Below, one piece after another: positions 25,301 to 31,923 of a stretch of DNA of 64,000 nucleotides. The position numbers and the translations under genes are program-made. Position 1 is the first letter of the stretch; every line of letters begins with the position of its first letter. The notes beneath the pieces were generated by a model. The model was not told the origin of the DNA. It saw only the letters and a program-made list of their open reading frames with translations, and searched no databases. The DNA comes from Candidatus Thalassarchaeaceae archaeon (GTDB taxonomy: Archaea; Thermoplasmatota; Poseidoniia; Poseidoniales; Thalassarchaeaceae): the NCBI GenBank assembly GCA_029250605.1, contig JAQXEZ010000006.1:11535-75534 (forward strand). The letters run 5' to 3'.

Positions 25301-27386
25301 CGGCCAATACGAGCAGGAGATCGAGTTCAACGCTACAAGCGACGTGATGCACGAGGATTTCGATATTGAGTTCAGCGACGACACCTGCCTCGTGTCGGTT
25401 GAGGCCAGAGTGCTCGGCGAGGCCATGGAAGATTTGGATGAGGAGGGCCCGATGCTGGGCATGTTCATTGCCATAATCGGCGGCCCCATGATGAGCGTGG
25501 ACGACGACGGAGACGGAATCCCCGACTGCCTCGCTGACATGGAAGACGGACCCGATGGCCCTGACGACAATGACGGCCCTGACTGGACCTTCGAGGACTT
25601 CACAATCCATCAGGAATTCTCGGCTGATCTGGTGCTTGTCTCTGAGAACCAGTCTGTGGTGGTCCTAGACGCATGGAGCGATCTGGACCCCGAAATCAGG
25701 ATTAAGATCGACTACGACTACTTCAACGGCGACGAGATCCTGAACGCTTCCGAGGCGTTGGATTTCGAGGAGATGTTCATGGAAGGGTGGAACACCGAAG
25801 AGTGCCTCGAGGAAGGAGAGGGTCCCGATGGATTCTACCTGAACGGAGTGACTCCAGATTGCATTATTGTCTACATGGAGATACACCTCACAACCACGGA
25901 CCCAACCGAACCGGCCGGCCTAATGGTTGCCTACGACCTGATATTCGACCTATCGACGATAGGGGATATCTCGGAGTTGACTCTCAGCTACGAAGGAGAC
26001 GACCCCGAAGAGGATGATGGCCTACTAGTGGACTCAACCATGTGTGGTGCACACACCGACGGATCTACTGGATACGCAGTCTCGTCCTGGACCTACAACG
26101 AGACCGAAATGGCCGCCGACGAGTGTGTTGAGCTGAATGCCGGCGAGCATCTCGCCTCCATGGAGATGGTCTTCACTGCTGACGTCGACTCAGACGATGA
26201 CGGATACAACGACAACGACGACAGGTTCCCAGACGACCCAGAGGAGTGGGCCGACTCGGACGACGACGGAGTGGGCGATAACCACGACATGTTCCCGTTC
26301 GATGCCAACGAGACCTGGGACGGGGACGGAGACGGCGTCGGCGACAACGGCGATGCCTTCCCATGGGACGCAAGCGAAAGCGCGGACTCCGATGGGGACG
26401 GATGGGGCGACAACTCCGATGCGTTCCCCGACGACGCTACCGAGTGGGTGGACACAGACGGCGACGGCGTGGGTGACAACGCAGACACCGACGCTGACGG
26501 AGACGGAACCGATGACACCGACGAGGACAGCGACGGGGACGGCGTGAACGACGACCAAGACGACTTCCCGTTCGATGCTAACGAGACCACGGACACAGAT
26601 GGTGACGGAGTGGGCGACAACGGAGACGACTTCCCGAACGACGCCAACGAGACCACCGACACAGACGGCGACGGAACCGGCGACAACTCGGACGACGACG
26701 CAGACGGCGACGGGACCCCGAACGACCTAGACGACTTCCCGCTGAACAGCGGCGAGTCCACGGACAGCGACGGTGACGGCGTCGGCGACGAGGAGGACGT
26801 ATTCCCTAACAACCCGAACGAGTACATCGACTCCGATGGAGACGGAACAGGGGACAACGCGGACACAGACGACGACAACGACGGAACGCCTGACACCTCA
26901 GACGCCTTCCCACTGGATCCGAACGAGTCTAGCGACACCGACGGAGACGGTTACGGAGACGTGGCTGACGCATTCCCCAACGACGCAGGCGAGTGGAGCG
27001 ACTACGACGGCGACGGCGTGGGCGACAACTCGGACGCATTCATGTCCGACCCATACGAGAGCAGGGACTCGGACGGAGACGGGACCGGCGACAACGCGGA
27101 CTGGGCTCCCAACGACCCCAACGAGAAGGTGGACTCGGACGGCGACGGCGTCGGCAACAACGCTGACGCGTTCCCGACCGATGCCAGCGAGACCAAGGAC
27201 ACCGACGGCGACGGAATCGGCGACAACGCAGATGACGATGCCGATGGCGACGGAATCCCAGACGAAGTAGTCGACCCAGTCGACGATGGCGACAGTGGAG
27301 GGATCCTACCAGGGTTCACGGCAATCACAGGCCTGGCATCGGTGCTGGGCGCGGCGATACTAGTCGCCGGAAGACGCAAGGACTGA
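22380..27386 (+). CDS. Giant acidic cell-surface protein (1668 aa) with PGF-CTERM anchor
   Basis: Start at ATG 22380 (MTRTLSISLIMLVSALAPLAAPVSA signal peptide). It has five modules closing with G-P-C plus a sixth degenerate one, and acidic Trp/Tyr/Cys-rich DWDGDGE linkers. It also has two LDLa-like units (25098-25295) and about 18 DxDxDGxGD repeats (26181-27270). The C-terminus is LPGFTAITGLASVLGAAILVAGRRKD. Confidence 0.85.
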   Translation: MTRTLSISLIMLVSALAPLAAPVSATTPALPEPLTLEMDDNGTWIGVPHHSDPMTDGFMDAGTYEFRFTSMNLTSNDNYSLEWMAEVCEFGGNCSEPVFENRSWTAMSDSSAEHWNLTLGVMDCDVEISANLQNETSGDEWWFSWKIYGPCGNTGDITLVMDLDGDGTDESVDGFEFDQNISLDAGNYDAHFAVANLTSTGSYSLMWIVEAGGEQFSESMANWSGTDPGSLLDFDFDVLLMTCEIWVQAVLMDDSGDAIGAFVALMEGPCIDPITVTVWDEDAGEWRDLGGFNNEAEWYSFCYWSDEDTFWLCGDDYDGDGELDYDGDWWYYCEETNDGWLCTDSFGQSEDHEFTENNTLLTPTMLEEGVYDVMVNITTLNTSTHYAVVMDQLDPGYVEFNSTSENYSITAELEVFPHDCEGDIFIGVWDDPSNFPNERPTIHDGAMFMGPCEEPVSPFTLTYDGMEWEMDYDYMSFEDCTDNGDQWECEVEYDWDGDGETDEYGYYYFEHEDCEWSESDMVWHCIIGGMQPHIEEGNHTMVLTVGDLMVGTSYRVDWNTQICESMTGCDYDSDSFEFNATAEEVSETFYLETDNHTCSINIGVNLYAMNDDGWWNYIGWDNFGFGGPCEQPPSNIDLTYELNGSMVDYEMDYDYMSFEDCTDNGDQWECEVEYDWDGDGETDEYGYYYFEHEECEWSESDMVWHCIIGEMPPTISEGDLEMTFEIVELDANKEYRLEWTVVTMGMMSYDYLHQGENFTATSDEHSVDYTHWVDNSTCGLNVHASLYVAHDWDGDDITDDWSYMDSNDWVFSGPCEVSFPVEITLQIEDDGTWEDVEGVDLAELFSSDEEGNEDEGPETEMILGWMGYQVEDAGNYAMNLTLDGLEAGDHYTLVLGVGLPNTGGSTFVCGNGDEIPFDYVNDEEEDCEDGADEQQYDDNGDPINWFDCNDGSEVWIYQVNDGNDDCPDGEDEAGGQYEQEIEFNATSDVMHEDFDIEFSDDTCLVSVEARVLGEAMEDLDEEGPMLGMFIAIIGGPMMSVDDDGDGIPDCLADMEDGPDGPDDNDGPDWTFEDFTIHQEFSADLVLVSENQSVVVLDAWSDLDPEIRIKIDYDYFNGDEILNASEALDFEEMFMEGWNTEECLEEGEGPDGFYLNGVTPDCIIVYMEIHLTTTDPTEPAGLMVAYDLIFDLSTIGDISELTLSYEGDDPEEDDGLLVDSTMCGAHTDGSTGYAVSSWTYNETEMAADECVELNAGEHLASMEMVFTADVDSDDDGYNDNDDRFPDDPEEWADSDDDGVGDNHDMFPFDANETWDGDGDGVGDNGDAFPWDASESADSDGDGWGDNSDAFPDDATEWVDTDGDGVGDNADTDADGDGTDDTDEDSDGDGVNDDQDDFPFDANETTDTDGDGVGDNGDDFPNDANETTDTDGDGTGDNSDDDADGDGTPNDLDDFPLNSGESTDSDGDGVGDEEDVFPNNPNEYIDSDGDGTGDNADTDDDNDGTPDTSDAFPLDPNESSDTDGDGYGDVADAFPNDAGEWSDYDGDGVGDNSDAFMSDPYESRDSDGDGTGDNADWAPNDPNEKVDSDGDGVGNNADAFPTDASETKDTDGDGIGDNADDDADGDGIPDEVVDPVDDGDSGGILPGFTAITGLASVLGAAILVAGRRKD
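23784..23970 (+). repeat. Intragenic direct repeat, copy 1 (187 nt)
   Basis: Identical to 24327-24513 except at 2 positions (23918 c vs 24461 a; 23965 g vs 24508 a). Encodes EMDYDYMSFEDCTDNGDQWECEVEYDWDGDGETDEYGYYYFEHEDCEWSESDMVWHCIIG. Confidence 0.95.
24327..24513 (+). repeat. Intragenic direct repeat, copy 2 (187 nt)
   Basis: Offset is exactly 543 nt (181 codons) from copy 1. The flanking module sequence is much more diverged. Confidence 0.95.
26181..27270 (+). repeat. Array of about 18 thrombospondin-type-3-like Ca-binding repeats (DxDxDGxGDxxD)
   Basis: Read directly from the translation: DSDDDGVGDNHD, DGDGDGVGDNGD, DSDGDGWGDNSD, DTDGDGVGDNAD ... DADGDGIPDEVVD, spaced by FP.D.NE-type linkers. 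Confidence 0.85.
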
Positions 27387-27437
27387 GCGGTCCTCGCCAT
27401 TATTGGCGAGGGCCCTCGGGGCCATGCAGGTGAGGCT

Positions 27438-28538
27438 GTGTCTGGTTCGGTACCCACCGAGTGGACCTTGCCTCGAACGGGAGTCAGCGTACGCAATAGG
27501 ACTGTCCTAGCTGCTATGACCAACAAGCAGTCGGAAGAGGACGGGACCCTCTCTGACGACGAGATAAACTGGCTTCTGATGCGTGCCGAGGGAGGCTTCG
27601 GCATCGTCACGACGGCTGCCAGCCACATCCATACCAGCGGGAAGTCATGGGAGGGTGAGATGGGAGTCTGGGGAGACCACCAGATACCTCGCTTGAAGGA
27701 GCTAGCCGAGGGAATCAGGCTGAGGGGGGCGACCAGCCTCGTACAGATATTCCATGGTGGCCTGAGGGCACCTCGTTCGCTTACGGGGGAGAAACCAGTG
27801 TCAGCGAGCACCAACTTGGAGAAGGGCGTGGAGGAGGAATGCAGAGAACTATCCGACTCCGAGATTCGCGAATTGGCGGTTTCCTTCGGAGAGGCAGCAG
27901 AGAGGTGCGAGAGGGCGGGATTCGATGGGGTGGAGGTTCATGGTGCCCATGGATACCTGATCTGCCAGTTCCTGGGTACGAGGACAAATCGCAGGGAGGA
28001 TCGATGGGGAGGTGGGCTCGAAGGGCGGTCACTCTTCCTGAGGGAGGTACTGAGGGAGATCAGGAGCAGGACTTCGGAGGGCTTCCTGGTATGCGTCAGG
28101 ATCTCCCCCGAGCATGACGTTGGGGTGACCATGGCCGATAGCCTCGACCTCGCTGGGATGATGAGTGACTGGGGCATGGACTTGCTCCACATATCCTGCT
28201 GGGACGCCTTCACCGGGGCACAGGGGGATCCCGATGACCCTAGGACCATCACACGCAGATTCAGGGAGGCTCTGGGGAATGATGTGCCAATCATCTCCAC
28301 CGGTGCGGTATGGGATGGTGAGGATGCCCAGTTCGTGCTGGACGAGGGGGCAGATCTAGTTGGCGTAGCAAGAGTCGCCATCGCGCATTCCAACTGGGCA
28401 TCCGAGGTGGGGGCAGAGGGATATTCTCCAGAAAGGCCCCCTTTCACACCAGAGCATCTGATCGAACAGGGCCTTAGCCAGACCTTCGTGGACTACATGA
28501 GGAGATGGAAGGGCTTCGTCACCGATGGTAGACTGTAG
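27438..28538 (+). CDS. Old Yellow Enzyme-family NADH:flavin oxidoreductase
   Basis: LAAMTN, FDGVEVHGAHGYLICQFLGTRTNRREDRWGG, VGVARVAIAH. GTG start. Confidence 0.8.
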   Translation: MSGSVPTEWTLPRTGVSVRNRTVLAAMTNKQSEEDGTLSDDEINWLLMRAEGGFGIVTTAASHIHTSGKSWEGEMGVWGDHQIPRLKELAEGIRLRGATSLVQIFHGGLRAPRSLTGEKPVSASTNLEKGVEEECRELSDSEIRELAVSFGEAAERCERAGFDGVEVHGAHGYLICQFLGTRTNRREDRWGGGLEGRSLFLREVLREIRSRTSEGFLVCVRISPEHDVGVTMADSLDLAGMMSDWGMDLLHISCWDAFTGAQGDPDDPRTITRRFREALGNDVPIISTGAVWDGEDAQFVLDEGADLVGVARVAIAHSNWASEVGAEGYSPERPPFTPEHLIEQGLSQTFVDYMRRWKGFVTDGRL

Positions 28539-28657
28539 AAGAACTTCCAATACTGGAGACGTATCGTGAAATCATCAAGTCCGACGTGTGATTTGATGGC
28601 GGAACAAGTTTCATACAGTCCGGTCAGGCTTCAACGGAGGACTGAGGTAACAGAACT

Positions 28658-30004
28658 CTAGAAGAGCGCCTCATCTCTGGCGAGGGATCCCATGGGATCC
28701 CATGCTGGAAGGACCACAGGGTCACCATCTAGGCCCGCTGTCATCTCTTCCGTCAGGTAGTCCCTTGGTGCTGCGATTTCGAACATGTGCTCGTCGAACC
28801 AGTTGTCGTTCATCGTGTAGAATCCCTTGACACCGCTCTCCTCGGAGCCCCATGAGTTCTCCACTCTCCACCTTCTGGGGCTGCCATCCACGACATCAAC
28901 CCCAGTGAACAGCATTGCATGCGTCATCATCGTCTGCCCGAATCTCAAACGGTCCGCCTTCTCCATTCCGAACTCAACCCCATACAGGCCCTTGAAATCG
29001 AAAAGCTCAGCATCCCAGAGCCCCTTCTTTCGAGCCATGTGCTTGCCAACATCGCAACCCATCCAAACAGGGATTCCGTCTTCGAGGAGCCTCTGAGTGA
29101 CTCCCTTCATCTCGTCCGAGGGGACGTTGAGGTATACGACTGGAGGTCCTCCAGCAACATTCTGAAGGAAATCCACGGTATACGTCTGGTAGTACTCGTT
29201 CCTCGGATCGTTCACAATGCACACGTAGTTTTCCCAATCGACATCCACATACTCATCCACGAACTCCAATGGGGTCATCTCCCCCTTTCTGTGGAACTCG
29301 TTATCCTTGTCTCGCCACTGCCAGTCGAACTTCTCTGGAGGGGTCCCTAGGTGGATGCACAGGATCCTCCATATCTCTCCCATCCTCGAGTCCTTGTGGC
29401 CCCTGGCCTCCTTCTCCGAGCCACCATTGTCCAATATCGCCCTTATCTCACTGGCAGTCGACCTCAAGACGTCTTTCAGAATTCCGTTCATCGATCTGGT
29501 GCTACTGCTGCTGTGCGACTCTGGGTATGCAGACATGGGGACCAGCCCGTGCTTCCTGATCAGATTCATCGCCATGTTCCATTGGCCACCATCTCCGATC
29601 GGGTCACTGAGAAGGAAGTGAATGGTCCGGTCGTCCACCGGTCGGTCCGACATCTCCAGGATGGCCTCCAGAAAGTGATTGGCTCTCTCCAACTTGTCCC
29701 AGAAGTGAATATGCGCCTGACTGAATTCGAAGTCCTTCACATTCATCTTCTTCATTGCCCCTACCCTGAAGAGATTCAACGTAGCGAACAGCCAACACCG
29801 ACCACTCCTCCTTTGGTTGGTGACGCTCCACTCATCCAATTTCGTGCTGAACGAGAAATCCATGTTCTGCACCAGGTCTCTACGAAGAGTGAGCGTCGAC
29901 AGATCCGCATTGCTGACAGCATTCTGCGCTACCCTTGCCGATGAATCGGACTCGAAAGCCTTCCTGAATTTCTTTATCTGTCCGTCAGTTACTCCCCTTG
30001 CCAT
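28658..30004 (-). CDS. pepC: Aminopeptidase C / bleomycin hydrolase (peptidase C1B)
   Basis: QRRSGRCWLFATLN (catalytic Cys), HAMLFTGVD (His), VENSWG (Asn). Length and N-terminal layout are typical of PepC. Confidence 0.85.
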   Translation of the reverse strand: MARGVTDGQIKKFRKAFESDSSARVAQNAVSNADLSTLTLRRDLVQNMDFSFSTKLDEWSVTNQRRSGRCWLFATLNLFRVGAMKKMNVKDFEFSQAHIHFWDKLERANHFLEAILEMSDRPVDDRTIHFLLSDPIGDGGQWNMAMNLIRKHGLVPMSAYPESHSSSSTRSMNGILKDVLRSTASEIRAILDNGGSEKEARGHKDSRMGEIWRILCIHLGTPPEKFDWQWRDKDNEFHRKGEMTPLEFVDEYVDVDWENYVCIVNDPRNEYYQTYTVDFLQNVAGGPPVVYLNVPSDEMKGVTQRLLEDGIPVWMGCDVGKHMARKKGLWDAELFDFKGLYGVEFGMEKADRLRFGQTMMTHAMLFTGVDVVDGSPRRWRVENSWGSEESGVKGFYTMNDNWFDEHMFEIAAPRDYLTEEMTAGLDGDPVVLPAWDPMGSLARDEALF

Positions 30005-30055
30005 CGTTCAACCCTCATCCACGTGCGGCGCCGGAGAGAGTTAGTAATTGCCCTG

Positions 30056-30925
30056 CTATATCGGAGCAGCTTCGGCGAGACCGGCTGCGATGAGAATCTC
30101 AGCTACCAGGGAAGGGCAGTTCTCGATGTCCCCCTCAGTTAGCGCCACTTCAGTCCCGTCAGCCATGAGAATCGGGTCCTCTACATCCTTGAGGACCCTT
30201 ATTCTGAGAAGTTCCGATGGCTCCTCGCCAACCTCCTCATCCAGCGTCCTCGACTCCGAGGGGGATGCTGCGTGTTCTGGGAATTCGTCCATCTCCCTGA
30301 TCCTGTCCTCCTCATCGAAGTCTGGCTCTTCCCACTCCGGCTCCTGCCTCGGAGAGAGTGGTGTGGTCGCAGGGATATCCTTGCCATCCTCACCAGAGAA
30401 ATCCTCGAGCGTCTCAATCACCTCGTTCACCACTGAAGCTGGGCCAGCTTCAGTAGACCCGAGCATGGAAGACCATGATGTGGAAACCTTGTACTTCTCA
30501 GCAAGATCCCTGATTCCATTGTAGAACACTCTCTCGGATGGGTCGTGCCTGCTCCAGTCAAGGGTTTGGAATCCAACCAAACCGCCGTTCGCCGAGCTGA
30601 GCAGATTTGATGAAACCGCGTGCCTAGTGAAAGAGGTAAGCCGAATCCTAGTCAGATCCCTGACGCACGTCCGTGCAACCCCAAGCCTCCTGGATAGCAA
30701 TTGGGCCTTGGCCGTCATCCCTTCGTCCCTGACCGTCTCCGATAGCTCGGTTTCCATGCTCTGCAATAACTGTCCTACTGCGTCCCAGAAGACCACACCC
30801 TCAGCCATAGCGACGTCAACTGGAGTATCACTGCTCTTCTGCTTCCGAGTCACTTCTATCAGTGTCTTATGCACTCCCTCCAATTCGTTCTTGGAAAGCC
30901 TACGAGGATCAGAACCGACTGCCAT
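30056..30925 (-). CDS. GINS-like replication factor (Gins51-type) with a long acidic insert
   Basis: A-domain-like helices (ARTCVRDLTRIRLTSFTRHA). The C-terminal B-domain-like segment is IRVLKDVEDPILMADGTEVALTEGDIENCPSLVAEILIAAGLAE. The two are separated by a Glu/Asp/Pro-rich region. Confidence 0.45.
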   Translation of the reverse strand: MAVGSDPRRLSKNELEGVHKTLIEVTRKQKSSDTPVDVAMAEGVVFWDAVGQLLQSMETELSETVRDEGMTAKAQLLSRRLGVARTCVRDLTRIRLTSFTRHAVSSNLLSSANGGLVGFQTLDWSRHDPSERVFYNGIRDLAEKYKVSTSWSSMLGSTEAGPASVVNEVIETLEDFSGEDGKDIPATTPLSPRQEPEWEEPDFDEEDRIREMDEFPEHAASPSESRTLDEEVGEEPSELLRIRVLKDVEDPILMADGTEVALTEGDIENCPSLVAEILIAAGLAEAAPI

Positions 30926-31005
30926 GAACGCGACCTATCCAGCATCCCACAGAGGAGATACATCAACAATTCCTTGCCAAAGTAGCAAGACGCTCTATCC
31001 GCGAG

Positions 31006-31013
31006 AATAAAAT
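31006..31013 (+). promoter_or_regulatory. TATA-box-like element upstream of tRNA-Leu
   Basis: AATAAAAT centred about 26-27 nt upstream of tRNA position 1 (31036), the canonical archaeal spacing. Confidence 0.4.
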
Positions 31014-31035
31014 CCAAGCCTTCCTTCGGTAAGGC

Positions 31036-31120
31036 GCAGGTGTACCCGAGTGGTCAAAGGGGGAGGGCTCAAGATCCTCTGCATAGCGCTTCGCAGGTTC
31101 GAATCCTGCCGCCTGCACCA
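31036..31120 (+). tRNA. tRNA-Leu (anticodon CAA), CCA encoded
   Basis: Acceptor GCAGGTG/CGCCTGC. Anticodon stem GAGGG/TCCTC with loop CTCAAGA. Long variable arm. T-arm GCAGG-TTCGAAT-CCTGC. Discriminator A, then CCA. Confidence 0.9.
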
Positions 31121-31128
31121 AATAGTGG

Positions 31129-31842
31129 CTAACCAAGTAGTGCCTTGAGAAGCTCTATCGAACCACTCTTCCCTTTTTGCTCAGTGATGGTGTCGGCAGA
31201 GGACACAACTTCAGGGTAGAAATCACTCACTGCAACTGAGAAGCCAACTAGATCGAACATCGGTAGGTCGTTGGGGGCATCGCCACATGCAATTACTCGC
31301 TTCGGATCGATACCTCTCTGCTCCAAGGCAATCCTCAGGCCTAGAGACTTGTTTAATCCCGGACTGGCGATGTGAACTGCAAACCCGGTTGAGACCACTT
31401 CGAGATCCGACCACTCACTATCTGCAATCAGCGTCTTCATCAACTCAAATGAGTCGGTCTCACTCAGACACCACTCAGTCTCCCTCCATCTGTTCGACTC
31501 TATCCCACTAGGGTCCAGTCCTTCGATTTTGGTCGCCAACCATTCCGCAGCATCCTTCGCCCTGGAACCATCTGAGAGTGATTTAATTTCGTGTCCCTCT
31601 ATACTGTCCCAGACCATCCCTCCATTCTCAGCTACAATAAAACCCGAAGAGCCAATTGATTGCATAATCGGAGTTACGTTCGGCAGAGTCCTTCCGGAAG
31701 CAAGTGACACAGGCATCACTTCTCTGTCAACTCTTCTTGCCAGACTCACCAATTCGTCATGAAACCCATCTCTATCTAGCAGCGTCCCATCAACATCAAA
31801 GACAATCATGTCCCATTCTCCAAGATTGGGTACCTCTACCAT
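31129..31842 (-). CDS. HAD-superfamily phosphatase (Cof/phosphoglycolate phosphatase type)
   Basis: MIVFDVDGTLLDRDG (DxDGT), SGR motif, GDAPNDLPMF. The start is ATG 31842 or 31809. Confidence 0.7.
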   Translation of the reverse strand: MVEVPNLGEWDMIVFDVDGTLLDRDGFHDELVSLARRVDREVMPVSLASGRTLPNVTPIMQSIGSSGFIVAENGGMVWDSIEGHEIKSLSDGSRAKDAAEWLATKIEGLDPSGIESNRWRETEWCLSETDSFELMKTLIADSEWSDLEVVSTGFAVHIASPGLNKSLGLRIALEQRGIDPKRVIACGDAPNDLPMFDLVGFSVAVSDFYPEVVSSADTITEQKGKSGSIELLKALLG

Positions 31843-31923
31843 GTTCCTTCGAATTGGCGTACATTCAAGATACCACCGACAGGGTAGCATCATGTTGAAG
31901 CGATACCAGATATTGGGAGGTCC

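Noticed and set aside
26181-27270. Regular short DNA repeats that could be mistaken for a CRISPR array or satellite.
   Set aside because: The periodicity is codon-based (GAC/GGC Asp-Gly repeats) inside a continuous ORF. There are no constant-length repeats with unique spacers.
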